Under the pieces are notes generated by a model that was given only the letters and a program-made list of their open reading frames with translations, was not told the DNA's origin and made no database searches. This document shows, piece by piece, positions 27,770 through 40,581 of a stretch of 64,000 nucleotides of DNA. A program made the position numbers and the translations under genes. Each line of letters begins with the position of its first letter. The stretch's first letter is position 1. Origin of the DNA: Fimbriimonadales bacterium (GTDB lineage Bacteria; Armatimonadota; Fimbriimonadia; Fimbriimonadales; JABRVX01). Location of the stretch: NCBI GenBank assembly GCA_045862955.1, contig BTVI01000005.1, positions 39,765-103,764 on the forward strand. Direction: 5' to 3'.

Positions 27770-30139
27770 ATGCGCGTGCGCGATACGTCTCAGCAGAGCT
27801 CTACGCGACGGCGACGTAGCGGCGAACACGACGGCGTTCTTTCCACGCTGCCCGTCCTCCCGATTCGCGATGCAGTTCACTTCCCCGAAGAGCTCTCAAC
27901 CCTTCTCGTCGGACGCGAGAGGTCACTGAGGGCGCTGGACCGCGCGTTGAAGACGGACCGCCTGCTGCTCGTCGTGGCGCAGAAAGACGTGACGGTCGAC
28001 GAGCCCGAGCCGAGCGACCTGTACCGTGTGGGGGTGGTGTCCGAGGCGGTACAAGCGCTGCCCGTCCCGGACGGCACGATGCGCGTCGTTCTCCGCGGCC
28101 AGCGTCGTGCCGAGATCGCTGAGATCGTCTCCTCTCACCCCTTCGCCCTAGCGGCCATCAAGCCGATCGAGGTGACCGAGACGCACTCGTCGGAGATGGA
28201 AGCGCTGATGCGTGAGTGCGCGAGCCTGTTCGAGCGGGTCGCGCAGATGAGCAAGCAGGTTCCAGCCGAAGCGGTCACCTCGGTCATGTACATCGAGCGT
28301 CCGGGCCGGTTGGCCGATGCAGTGGCTCACCACCTACCTTTGAAGCCTGCGTTGAAACAGCAGGTGCTGGAGGCTGCGGATACGCGCGCGCGCCTCGAGG
28401 TGGTAATTCGGCTGCTGCTGAACGAGCTCGAAGTCTTGCAGGTCCAGCAGGACATCCGCAGCCGTGTAGAGCGGGAGATGGGTGACACGCAGCGGGAGTA
28501 CTACCTTCGCGAGCAGCTTCGCGTCATTCAGCAGGAGTTGAACGAGCGCGACGAGCGCGGAAGCGAGATCGAGGAATACGCCGAGCGGATCGCCCGCGCG
28601 AAGATGCCTGAGGAAGTCGCCGAGCACGCCGAGCACGAGATTCGGCGGCTCGAGAAGATGCCCAGCGCCGCACCCGAAGGCGTGGTGATCCGCACGTACC
28701 TGGACTGGCTGTGCGGGCTACCGTGGGCGATCGAGACGGAAGACACGGTGGACATTCGTGCAGCGGCACGGATCCTGGACGAGGACCACTACGGTCTGCA
28801 GAACGTGAAGGAACGCATCATCGAGTTCCTTGCGGTCCGACAGCTTACGGCGCGGCAGAAGGGCCCGATCCTGTGCTTCGTTGGGCCTCCTGGAGTAGGC
28901 AAGACCTCGATCGGACGCAGCATCGCCCGCAGCATGGGGCGCAAGTTCGTGCGAGTTTCGCTGGGCGGTGTGCGGGACGAGGCGGAGATACGCGGCCATC
29001 GCCGCACGTACATCGGCGCGATGCCCGGCCGTATCATTCAGGGCATCAAGCAGTGCGGCACCCGCAACCCTGTGTTCATGCTGGACGAGATCGACAAGCT
29101 GGGCATGGACTTCCGGGGGGACCCGACTGCAGCGCTTCTCGAGGCCTTGGACCCCGAGCAGAACGAGCGCTTCTCCGACCACTATCTGGAAGTGCCGTTC
29201 GACCTGTCCAACGTGATGTTCATCATGACTGCGAACATTCTGGACACTGTGCCGCCGGCGCTGCAGGACCGCATGGAGACGATCCGCTTCCCCGGGTACA
29301 CGGAAGAGGAGAAGCTGGCTATCGCAAAGGGTTTCCTGCTGCCGCAGAACCTGGCAGAGCACGGCCTGACAGCCAGCAAGCTGAAGATGGATGACGCCGC
29401 CCTGCGCACCGTAATCCGCAGCTACACGCGGGAGGCTGGCGTGCGGGGCCTCGAGCGGGAGATCGCGAGGGTCTGCCGCAAGGTTGCGCGCAAGATCGCC
29501 GAGGGGACCGCGCGCTCCACCACTGTGCGCACCAAGAACCTCGCCGAATACCTCGGCAGGCGGCGGTACCGGTACGGCGTTGCGGAGGCGGAAGATCAAG
29601 TGGCCGCCGCAACAGGCCTGGTCTACACGGAGTTCGGTGGAGACATCATCACCATCGAGGTGAGCTTCGTGCCGGGCGAGGGAAAGGAGCTTCTGCTCAC
29701 GGGGCAATTGGGCGAGGTGATGAAGGAGTCGGCTCATGCGGCGCTTACGTACGTGCGGTCCCGCGTAAAGGACCTCGGCGGGAACGCGGAGTTGTTCCGG
29801 ACGCACGACCTGCACATCCATGTTCCAGCGGGGGCGGTTCCCAAGGACGGGCCGAGCGCGGGCATCACGATAGCGGTAGCCCTGGCAAGCGCAGTGACCG
29901 GCCGGCGGGTGCATCGGGACATGGTGATGACCGGCGAGATCACGCTACGTGGGAAGGTGCTTCCTGTCGGGGGCATCAAGGAGAAGATGCTGGCCGCGCA
30001 CCGCGCGGGCATGTCGAACGTGATTCTGCCGAAGGACAACGACGCCGACCTGGCAGACTTGCCCGAGGTGGTGCGGGAGACGATGCACTTTCACTTGGTC
30101 TCGTCGGTGGACGAGGCTCTTCGGCTCGCGCTGGTCTAG
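27770..30139 (+). CDS. lon: Endopeptidase La
   Basis: GPPGVGKTS, RGHRRTYIGAMPG, KDGPSAG and PVGGIKEK. Confidence 0.98.
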   Translation: MRVRDTSQQSSTRRRRSGEHDGVLSTLPVLPIRDAVHFPEELSTLLVGRERSLRALDRALKTDRLLLVVAQKDVTVDEPEPSDLYRVGVVSEAVQALPVPDGTMRVVLRGQRRAEIAEIVSSHPFALAAIKPIEVTETHSSEMEALMRECASLFERVAQMSKQVPAEAVTSVMYIERPGRLADAVAHHLPLKPALKQQVLEAADTRARLEVVIRLLLNELEVLQVQQDIRSRVEREMGDTQREYYLREQLRVIQQELNERDERGSEIEEYAERIARAKMPEEVAEHAEHEIRRLEKMPSAAPEGVVIRTYLDWLCGLPWAIETEDTVDIRAAARILDEDHYGLQNVKERIIEFLAVRQLTARQKGPILCFVGPPGVGKTSIGRSIARSMGRKFVRVSLGGVRDEAEIRGHRRTYIGAMPGRIIQGIKQCGTRNPVFMLDEIDKLGMDFRGDPTAALLEALDPEQNERFSDHYLEVPFDLSNVMFIMTANILDTVPPALQDRMETIRFPGYTEEEKLAIAKGFLLPQNLAEHGLTASKLKMDDAALRTVIRSYTREAGVRGLEREIARVCRKVARKIAEGTARSTTVRTKNLAEYLGRRRYRYGVAEAEDQVAAATGLVYTEFGGDIITIEVSFVPGEGKELLLTGQLGEVMKESAHAALTYVRSRVKDLGGNAELFRTHDLHIHVPAGAVPKDGPSAGITIAVALASAVTGRRVHRDMVMTGEITLRGKVLPVGGIKEKMLAAHRAGMSNVILPKDNDADLADLPEVVRETMHFHLVSSVDEALRLALV

Positions 30140-30297
30140 GTACTCTCTCCCGGTATTCGACTTACGTCCCCGAGTATAATGCCGCGCGGCAACCCGCGAG
30201 GGACCCCTGGCGTATTGGAGTCGAGAACGGGTTATCCCGCGGCGGCTCGCAGGCGAGCCGACGATCATCCCAACGTAGGGTAACTGAGGAGGATTTC

Positions 30298-31203
30298 GTG
30301 AGAGCACTGCATCTTTCGGCCATACCTGTCGCCTTTGCGCTTCTTGCCGCCGCGGCCGCACAGGAGGGCTACCTGCTTCGGCTCAAGCTCGAGCCAGGCG
30401 TCATCACGTCGTACAAGGTCACCAACAACATGAGCGGCACCATGAGCAGTGGCATGATGGGTGGATACGAAGCTCAGGAGATGGTGATCAAGCAGACGAT
30501 GGTGATGCGCCACAAGCTGGCCGGGGTCAAGGAGGACATCGGCACTTTCATCACCACGTTCAAGGACTTCGACATCGAGATGACCATGGGTGGCATGGAC
30601 ATTTCACAGTTCGCTGGAGCCGACAAGGACCAGGTCGAGAAGATCACCATCACGTCCCGCATCAACCAGCGCGGTGAGACCGTCGAGAGTAAGTTCGAAG
30701 GTCTGCCGGAGTCGATGGCGGGCATGAGCATGAGCGGCGGCGCCAACTTCAACATGATGGCTCTGCTGCCCGTGTTCCCTGAGAACCCCATTCAGATTGG
30801 CGAGAGCTGGACCTCGGTCGTCAAGAACCCGATGCTCGCGACGATGGGAGAGCGGGGCAAGAACATGAAGCTCCCGGACGTGAAGATCGTGTCGAAGCTC
30901 GAAGCCGTGGAGAAGCTGAAGGACGTGGACTGCTACCGCATCAGCTTCGAGCTGAGCCTCCCGATGGACATGGACATGAGCGGCATGATGGGTGGCGGAG
31001 GCGGTGAAGACACCTCCGTCAAGTCCAGCGGCACGTCCAAAATCAAGGGCATGGTGTGGCTGAACAAGGACACCTGCGCGCTGGCTAAGCAGACCTTCGA
31101 CTCGCAGACGGACATGACCATCAAAGTCCAGGGCATGACCGAGATGGAGATGAATATTAGGATGGCCGGCAAGGGTTCGGTCGAGCAAATCGAGACGAAA
31201 TAG
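30298..31203 (+). CDS. Secreted Met-rich hypothetical protein (DUF6263-like)
   Basis: Signal peptide, LLRLKLEPG..SY and FPENPIQIGESW. GAGGAGG RBS; TATAAT at 30175. Confidence 0.75.
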   Translation: MRALHLSAIPVAFALLAAAAAQEGYLLRLKLEPGVITSYKVTNNMSGTMSSGMMGGYEAQEMVIKQTMVMRHKLAGVKEDIGTFITTFKDFDIEMTMGGMDISQFAGADKDQVEKITITSRINQRGETVESKFEGLPESMAGMSMSGGANFNMMALLPVFPENPIQIGESWTSVVKNPMLATMGERGKNMKLPDVKIVSKLEAVEKLKDVDCYRISFELSLPMDMDMSGMMGGGGGEDTSVKSSGTSKIKGMVWLNKDTCALAKQTFDSQTDMTIKVQGMTEMEMNIRMAGKGSVEQIETK

Positions 31204-31352
31204 GTTCGCTGCGAGTGTCACGACACAAGGCCGCTGTGCGCTACGGGCGGGCACGGCTACAGCCAACAACCCGCGCGAACCGTGCACGGGGGCCGGGCTC
31301 GATGAGTGACCAGAGCGGCCTCTCGGGCACGCAGAACGAGGAAGGACAGACT

Positions 31353-32369
31353 ATGTCGAAAAAAGCACGCGCCGCAGGCTGGCTCCTCGGCGTCTTTGCG
31401 CTTATCGCGTTGCTGGCTGGCTGCACGGCGGAGCCGGCGCAGACTGGCCAAAGCGAGAACGGGAAGCAGACCGCAACCAAGAGCGACAACGGCCAGCCGA
31501 GGTCGGATGTTGCTGGCACGACGGAGGCGGAGAAACCGGCCGTTTCCGAGGAGGCCAAGCCGGGCTCTGCTGTGGATATGGCGGAGCAGAAACCCGCTGA
31601 GGACCCGGCCAAGGTGGGCCCGTGGGACCTAAAGGTGCGTTTCAAGAAGGGCGAGGCGCACACCTACTCCATCAAGAGTGACAGTTCGGTCAGCGTCAAG
31701 ATCGGGGACGGCGATCCCATGCCGCCCCAGCGGATGACTGACGAAGCGACTATCTCGGTGAAAGCCCTCGAGGCGAGTGACAAGATGGCCAAGGTCGAGT
31801 ACAAGGTCACTCCCAAGAAGAAGAAGGAGGGCGCGGAAGCAGAGAAACCGACGACGCTCGTGGTGTCGGTGGACAGCAAGGGCAACTCGAAGGCGCAGGG
31901 GGAGTCGAAGGACCCCCGTGATCGGATGCTCGCCTCGCTCCCGCTCTCTGCAATCCACTGTCCGGACAAGCCGGTGAAGCTGAACGACAAGTGGACGGCG
32001 AGTATTCAGCACCCGTTGAAGGCGTTCCCACAGCTTGCCATGATGGGCCTCAAAGTTGCTGATACGATGAAGATCTCGTATCAGCTCGTCGGGATAACGG
32101 ACAAGGGGTTGAAGGTGCGAGCCACCGCGGGAGACAAACTCGCATTGAACGTAAAGGAAGGCACCGCGGGTGCACCCGGACCGGGGCATGTCGATATCTC
32201 GCTGCAGTTCACGATGGACTACCTCGTGGACCCGAAGACGGCGCAGGTTTTGAGCGCAAGTATCGTCCAGGCCTCCAAGTCCAACGCCGAGCAAACGATG
32301 GGCGAGGGCAAGAAGGTGAAGCAGAGCAGCGACTCGAAGACGACGGTCACGCTGAAGCGAACGAAGTAA
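31353..32369 (+). CDS. Lipoprotein, DUF6263-like paralog
   Basis: LLAGC lipobox, low-complexity linker, DLKVRFKKGEAHTY and PDKPVKLNDKW. Confidence 0.75.
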   Translation: MSKKARAAGWLLGVFALIALLAGCTAEPAQTGQSENGKQTATKSDNGQPRSDVAGTTEAEKPAVSEEAKPGSAVDMAEQKPAEDPAKVGPWDLKVRFKKGEAHTYSIKSDSSVSVKIGDGDPMPPQRMTDEATISVKALEASDKMAKVEYKVTPKKKKEGAEAEKPTTLVVSVDSKGNSKAQGESKDPRDRMLASLPLSAIHCPDKPVKLNDKWTASIQHPLKAFPQLAMMGLKVADTMKISYQLVGITDKGLKVRATAGDKLALNVKEGTAGAPGPGHVDISLQFTMDYLVDPKTAQVLSASIVQASKSNAEQTMGEGKKVKQSSDSKTTVTLKRTK

Positions 32370-32381
32370 GTCGAGGCCGTC

Positions 32382-35252
<2,871 letters not shown>

Positions 35253-35253
<1 letters not shown>

Positions 35254-35933
35254 TGCTGCCGATGGCCATCGCCCTCATTCGAGATGTTCCGGGCTTCATA
35301 GAGATTCTGGCGAAGCTCGGGCTGGCGGCGCTCCTCGGTGGGGTCATTGGGTGGGAGCGCGAGCGCGCGGGACGGCCTGCCGGTGTGCGCACCCACATGC
35401 TCATCGTGCTGGGCTGCACTTTGTTCACCGAGCTTTCCTCGCAGTTCGGAAGTGGCACCGACAACTCGCGGGTAGCTGCACAGATCGTGACGGGTGTGGG
35501 CTTTCTGGGGGCAGGAGCTATCATCCGGCGCGGAGGCGAAATCCGGGGTCTTACGACGGCCGCGAGCGTGTGGATGTCGGCGGCCATCGGTATGGCCGTG
35601 GGCGTGGGAGGGGACTTTTACCTCGTGGCCGTTGCGGCGACCCTGCTGGCCTTACTAACGCTCGGCGTGGTAGACGTGTTGACGGACCGAGCCTTCGGCA
35701 ACCGGGCGCATTGCGAACTCGAAGTGACCCTTCAGGTCGGCGCGCCCGCTGCTTCGGTGTTCGCCCTGCTCGAAGAGTCCGGCATCGAGTTGATGCGATC
35801 GCAACGCGCGGTCCGGCACGACGGGTCGGTGCTCGATCTGACGCTCGCAGGCTCGCGCGAGGATTTGCACTCGGTGATTGACCGTCTCGCCGCTCTGCCG
35901 GAAGTGAGGTCCATCGTCCGCGATCACGCCTAA
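35253..35933 (+). CDS. MgtC/SapB family protein with C-terminal ACT-like domain
   Basis: IGWERE..PAGVRTH, RVAAQIVTGVGFLGAG and GLTTAASVW. Confidence 0.92.
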
Positions 35934-36044
35934 GGGCCCGTTCTCCTATCCTGCCTCCTCCGTGACCGGTAGAATCCCTTTGCGAGGCACCTTTGCCCCT
36001 GGGCGAATGCGGGTGCCGACAGACGTCGCGGAGGACCCTGCGAG

Positions 36045-36494
36045 ATGGATTGCGCTCACGCTGCACCGACGAATTCCGAAGTGAACTGGGAGGTGGCACG
36101 CTCGTTTCACGGTCACCTGGGGCCTTGGTTGGCTTTGGGGCTGAAGATCGGTCACGAAGCTGTTAGGCGGCTGAATGCCGAGCCGCACTGGGGCCTCGAT
36201 GTGAAGGCGGAGTGCACGCTGGAGCCTCCGGTCTCCTGTCTGCTGGACGGGCTGCAGCTAGGTACGGGTGCCACCTATGGCAAGCGGAACATCGAGGCAA
36301 CTCAGTCGGACTCCGTGTGCGTGCGCACGGTGAACACGGAGAGCGGCGAGGGCCTGGAGTTTCGCCTGCGCCCGGAGGCAGAGCGCCTCTTCGATGAGTG
36401 GTATCGGGCAGTCGGTGAGGACGAGACGGCTTACCGCGTGTATGCTGCCGACCCCTCGATGCTATACGAGGTGGTCGAGCTCGACCTCGGCTAG
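36045..36494 (+). CDS. FmdE family protein
   Basis: FHGHLGPWLALGLKIG and SCLLDGLQLGTGATYGKRNI. Confidence 0.85.
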   Translation: MDCAHAAPTNSEVNWEVARSFHGHLGPWLALGLKIGHEAVRRLNAEPHWGLDVKAECTLEPPVSCLLDGLQLGTGATYGKRNIEATQSDSVCVRTVNTESGEGLEFRLRPEAERLFDEWYRAVGEDETAYRVYAADPSMLYEVVELDLG

Positions 36495-37429
36495 TCCACT
36501 CGCAGGCCGAGGGTGCTAGCTAACCGCACCGCTTCGAGGTACTCCTCTTCGCTAACACGGCGATAGATCTCGGGAAAGTTGCGGAGTGAGACGAGTCCTG
36601 CGGGACGATACTGGGCCATCACGTTGACGTAGGTATCCGGTGCGATCTCGTTGGCCAGGAAGCGAAGGATCGAGGAGGTGTCCTCTCCCCTGCCCGGCAC
36701 TACCAGATGTCTGACGAGTACTCCACGCACGGCAAGGCCTCCCTCGTCGAAGCGCAGCACTCCTACCTGCCTATGCATTTCACGGATGGCTTCGCGAGCT
36801 GCTTCGGGGTAATTCGGTGCTGTTAGGTATCGCTGTGCCGCATCCTCCTTCCACAGCTTGAAATCGGGCATGTAGATGTCCACGATACCGTCCAGCAGTC
36901 GGAGGGATTCGAGGGAGTCGTAGGCCGAGGTGTTGTACACGATGGGCAGCCGTAGGCCTCGGGCCACGGCGATGGGCAGGGCCTCCAGTAGGTGCGGCAC
37001 CACGTGACTGGGAGTAACCAGGTTGAGGTTGTGACACCCATACTCCTGCACGGCGAGGAAGATGCGCGCGAGCCGCTCGGCGGAGACCTCCGCGCCCTCC
37101 TCTTCGTGGCTAATCTCGAAGTTCTGACAGAACACACAGCGGAGGTTGCAGCCAGCGAAAAACACGGTCCCACTGCCGCGCGTACCTCTCAGGCATCGCT
37201 CCTCACCATGGTGGGGGCCATAGCTGGCAACTTTGGCATGCCTACCAATGCCGCACGTGCCGGTTGCCTCTGTGCGGTCGACCCTGCACGCACGCGGGCA
37301 GGTGCGGCAGTCCGCGAGCATCTCGCGAGCCGCCTCTGCGCGGCGCTCCAGCTCGCCGCTCTGGTGAAGCGGCAGGTAGGCCGGGCTGAACCCGCGGACG
37401 ACGTAACGATCTCTGTCACCCATCAGCAT
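36491..37429 (-). CDS. Radical SAM protein (PflX-like)
   Basis: CRTCPRACRVDR, HHGEE, GCNLRCVFCQN, DIYMPDFK and VNVMAQYRP. Confidence 0.9.
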   Translation of the reverse strand: MLMGDRDRYVVRGFSPAYLPLHQSGELERRAEAAREMLADCRTCPRACRVDRTEATGTCGIGRHAKVASYGPHHGEERCLRGTRGSGTVFFAGCNLRCVFCQNFEISHEEEGAEVSAERLARIFLAVQEYGCHNLNLVTPSHVVPHLLEALPIAVARGLRLPIVYNTSAYDSLESLRLLDGIVDIYMPDFKLWKEDAAQRYLTAPNYPEAAREAIREMHRQVGVLRFDEGGLAVRGVLVRHLVVPGRGEDTSSILRFLANEIAPDTYVNVMAQYRPAGLVSLRNFPEIYRRVSEEEYLEAVRLASTLGLRVD

Positions 37430-37444
37430 CGCAGGTCCCGTCGC

Positions 37445-40291
37445 TCAGAATGGCGGCAGAACAACGTCCTTTCGCCGCTCCGGCGGCCTGACTTCGAGAC
37501 GCAGCAGCTTGCCACCCTTGTACACTCCCTCCACCGTGGTCTTCTTCGGGGCGCAAAGCTTGAACTCTACATCCCACTCAGCGGGCCACGCGGGTAACAA
37601 GAGTATCCTATCGTCATCCCATTGCATCAGCATCGTCTGCAGGGCCATCATCCCGTTGCCCCCATGATCCTGGTCTGGTATCCAATCGAAGTTCGGGCCC
37701 CAGAAGGCGGGAAACCGACTCCCTTCGTCTTTCATGCCGAAGCGCTTCACTAGGTACTGCTTCGCGTCGTTCGTCATTCCGAGAAAGGCCATCTGCGTAT
37801 CGTCCTGCTGCCAACCCCAGTAGCCTTTGAACCTCCTGTGTTCCATTGCGCGCCGTGCGAGTTCGATCTCGGGCTTGCCCACTCCATACAGGCGATAGGG
37901 GAAGATGGCGTACAGCTCGGGGTTTTCCACATTGCTGAGTCGTGCGAACGAATCGGCCGGAGCCAGCATCGGCTGACCGCCTTCGGTACGCGTGGGTATC
38001 GGCGGCAGCTTGGCGAGCACGCTCGACCAGTAGGCCCTCCGGTCGGCACCAACAGAAGCTTCGGGCAGCTTCAGCGCCTGCTGTAGCACGAAGCGCAGAC
38101 CGGCCACCTCGGGCAGTGGGTTGACGCAGTCCCACCAGGTCTCCAGCGCTTGCGCTGGATGGAAGCGTATCTTTCCTTTCTCGTCCGTAGGATAGTGCTC
38201 GGCGAAGTAACGTACGATGTCGGTCAAGAGTGGCAGCATCGTATCACGCAGGAACGCGTCGTCTTCGGTGAACTGGTAGTAGTCGAGCATCATCGCGCTC
38301 AGCTCGAGTCCACCGGACATGTAGTTGCCGATGTAGTGATTTTGCGGCGGCCACAGCCCCAGTCCCTCGCGGTCCCAGCCGTACCCCATCTCTCCATTGT
38401 GGTATGTGCCCCAGAACTGCATCGTCTCGGGAAAGCAAGCGCCGTCGTGGCCGAAGTACAGCTTGGTGCGGACACGCGCGAGCTCCAGTGCATTTCTGTA
38501 CATGTGGAAGAGCGGAAGCATCATCTCGTGGTCGCCCGATGCGAGCAAGGGCCAGTAGGGTAGGCGCGTGTTTTGGAACCAGTACGCTCCTCCCCAGCGC
38601 CGGTAGTCCGGATCGTACTTGCCTTGCACGTCTACCGTGAAGATGGAGCCGTTGAACTTGATAGGATACGCGCCCCGGCCAGCGCAAGCCGTGACGTACC
38701 GCTGCAGCACGTAGCCCTGCGTGACCACCTCGTGCTCATCTGCCTCGCTCCGATGGACGGCTACCATCTCTCCGTTGACGTACAGACACTGCTCCCCCTT
38801 TCGCGCGTCGAACACTCCTACCACGTGTGTCCACCGGTCTGTGGGTAGCTTGGCATCGTAGGTCAGCACGGCGTAAGCCGTGATCATGCGCAGCGAGGAT
38901 CCCGGGTACGTGTCGAGCAGATATCCATTCTGAGTACCTGCCTTGGACTTGTCTATGATGCGGCCCCCTCCCGCGGGCAAAGCCCCAGGCTTCACCCACG
39001 CCTCCAAGGTAACGGCCTCGCTGAGGTTCAAGGAGCTGGGGTCCTCAGCCTGAAGGTAGCCGTGTCCCGAGAAGCCAATCGAGCCTTCGCCTGTCTTCAC
39101 GTCGCCGATTGGCTTTACGGTTGCGGCGCCCGGAATGCGTTGACCACCTACCACTAACACACAGCCGGGAGGTGGCTTTCCACCCGATGATAGCCGCTTC
39201 ACTTCGTCGGCATTCAATGCCCGCGAATACACACGCACCTCGCGCATCTGTCCTACGAAACCGTTGTCACCTTCGCTGTCCGCGCCGATGCGAAGAGGCA
39301 GGTCGTTGGTCTCCAGTGGGACGGCGCGCAGGCGTGGGTGCGAGTCCGTGATCCGGATCCAACTGCGATCCCAAAACTCGCGCCACCATCTGCGATGATC
39401 GCGAAGCGCTCTGGAGCCGTCGTTCGCCTCGCACGCATCAGCGCTCCGTTCTGCCCGACGCACCCAGTCCTCCGCTGTAGGAGTCGTCGCTGTTAGTGGG
39501 TAGATGCGTAGGGAGAAGGAACGGGAGGGTCGTGCAGTCGTGAGCGCCGTGTCGGAGTGCCGCACGAAACCGTCGCCGCGCAGGATCGCACCGAAGGTGC
39601 GATTGAGCAGTGGGTCCTCCTGGCGCTCCAGAAGCTCGGCCAGCCCTTGGTGCCGAAGCGAGGTCTCCCAGAGGGACTTCTCGTTGCGGTGGTACCACAC
39701 AACATCGTTCCTGCGCCCGGCGAGCACGACGTCCGGATACGAGATGGCGATCTCGCCCTGGTAGAAGGTGTCAACGCCGAACATCTCCCCCTCTTGGTCC
39801 AGAGGGCGCTCGCGTCGGCGCCAGTTCTCTAGCGTGGCTCTCACATGCACCGGCTTCTCACTGGTGCCCTCCAGCCTGATCACTGGAAGGTTGGCATCTA
39901 CCCAGAGATGAAGCGAGACGCTCTCGCCGCTACGTCCCGCCTCTACTACCATCTCGCCGTCGCGCAGCCTCAGTTCTTGTCGGAATGGCAGGCCCGCGGC
40001 GAAGGGATTGGGGTGAATGGTGACCCGTATTCGGCCGAGTTTCAACAGACGGGCATAGGCATCCCATGCGTCCGTCTTGCTGATGTAGAACAGTAGGTCG
40101 CCATCCTCCTCCACCCACGCGTTGACCCCGATGTCGCCGTTCCCCAAGGGCATCGAACCGGAGGAGTTCGAGCTGGGAGTGTCCCAGACGACGTTGTAGC
40201 GGTCCACAGGGTCACCTGCCACGGCTACACCAGATGCCAGGACTGCCGTCAGCGTGGCAATGACACGGTTCCGGATCTGCCCGCTCACCAT
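37445..40291 (-). CDS. Secreted DUF5703/GH95-like glycoside hydrolase with inserted LamG-like domain
   Basis: SMPLGNGDIGVNAWVE, PIKFNGSIF, YWFQNTR, ENPELYAIFPY, WIPDQDHGG and LLPAWP. Confidence 0.82.
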   Translation of the reverse strand: MVSGQIRNRVIATLTAVLASGVAVAGDPVDRYNVVWDTPSSNSSGSMPLGNGDIGVNAWVEEDGDLLFYISKTDAWDAYARLLKLGRIRVTIHPNPFAAGLPFRQELRLRDGEMVVEAGRSGESVSLHLWVDANLPVIRLEGTSEKPVHVRATLENWRRRERPLDQEGEMFGVDTFYQGEIAISYPDVVLAGRRNDVVWYHRNEKSLWETSLRHQGLAELLERQEDPLLNRTFGAILRGDGFVRHSDTALTTARPSRSFSLRIYPLTATTPTAEDWVRRAERSADACEANDGSRALRDHRRWWREFWDRSWIRITDSHPRLRAVPLETNDLPLRIGADSEGDNGFVGQMREVRVYSRALNADEVKRLSSGGKPPPGCVLVVGGQRIPGAATVKPIGDVKTGEGSIGFSGHGYLQAEDPSSLNLSEAVTLEAWVKPGALPAGGGRIIDKSKAGTQNGYLLDTYPGSSLRMITAYAVLTYDAKLPTDRWTHVVGVFDARKGEQCLYVNGEMVAVHRSEADEHEVVTQGYVLQRYVTACAGRGAYPIKFNGSIFTVDVQGKYDPDYRRWGGAYWFQNTRLPYWPLLASGDHEMMLPLFHMYRNALELARVRTKLYFGHDGACFPETMQFWGTYHNGEMGYGWDREGLGLWPPQNHYIGNYMSGGLELSAMMLDYYQFTEDDAFLRDTMLPLLTDIVRYFAEHYPTDEKGKIRFHPAQALETWWDCVNPLPEVAGLRFVLQQALKLPEASVGADRRAYWSSVLAKLPPIPTRTEGGQPMLAPADSFARLSNVENPELYAIFPYRLYGVGKPEIELARRAMEHRRFKGYWGWQQDDTQMAFLGMTNDAKQYLVKRFGMKDEGSRFPAFWGPNFDWIPDQDHGGNGMMALQTMLMQWDDDRILLLPAWPAEWDVEFKLCAPKKTTVEGVYKGGKLLRLEVRPPERRKDVVLPPF

Positions 40292-40581
40292 CTCACCTCG
40301 ATTCGGGTGTTTGTCCACTTGGTGGGGTTTTCGGGGCGAGGGAGAGCATTTCCTTGTACACCTGCACTTCCCCATCGCGGGTGGGGTATCACTAGCCTCG
40401 TGCTGTGCCCGACACCGACACTTTCGATTCCCCGGTTGCCTTTGCCGCAGGCTGTCGCGTCATCGCGGCGATCTTCCGGTGGCTGTCCGGAAGCATCTTC
40501 GCGCGGTCGCACCGGGCACGAGTCCCGCTTACGAGGTGACTCGCGCTGAACGCTACAGTCGCGTACCTCCGTTCCTCTGGA

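Noticed and set aside
40295..40580. Riboswitch or small ORF between the glycoside hydrolase and CPBP genes
   Set aside because: Only isolated hairpins (for example CTTCCGG..CCGGAAG), with no consensus I can support.
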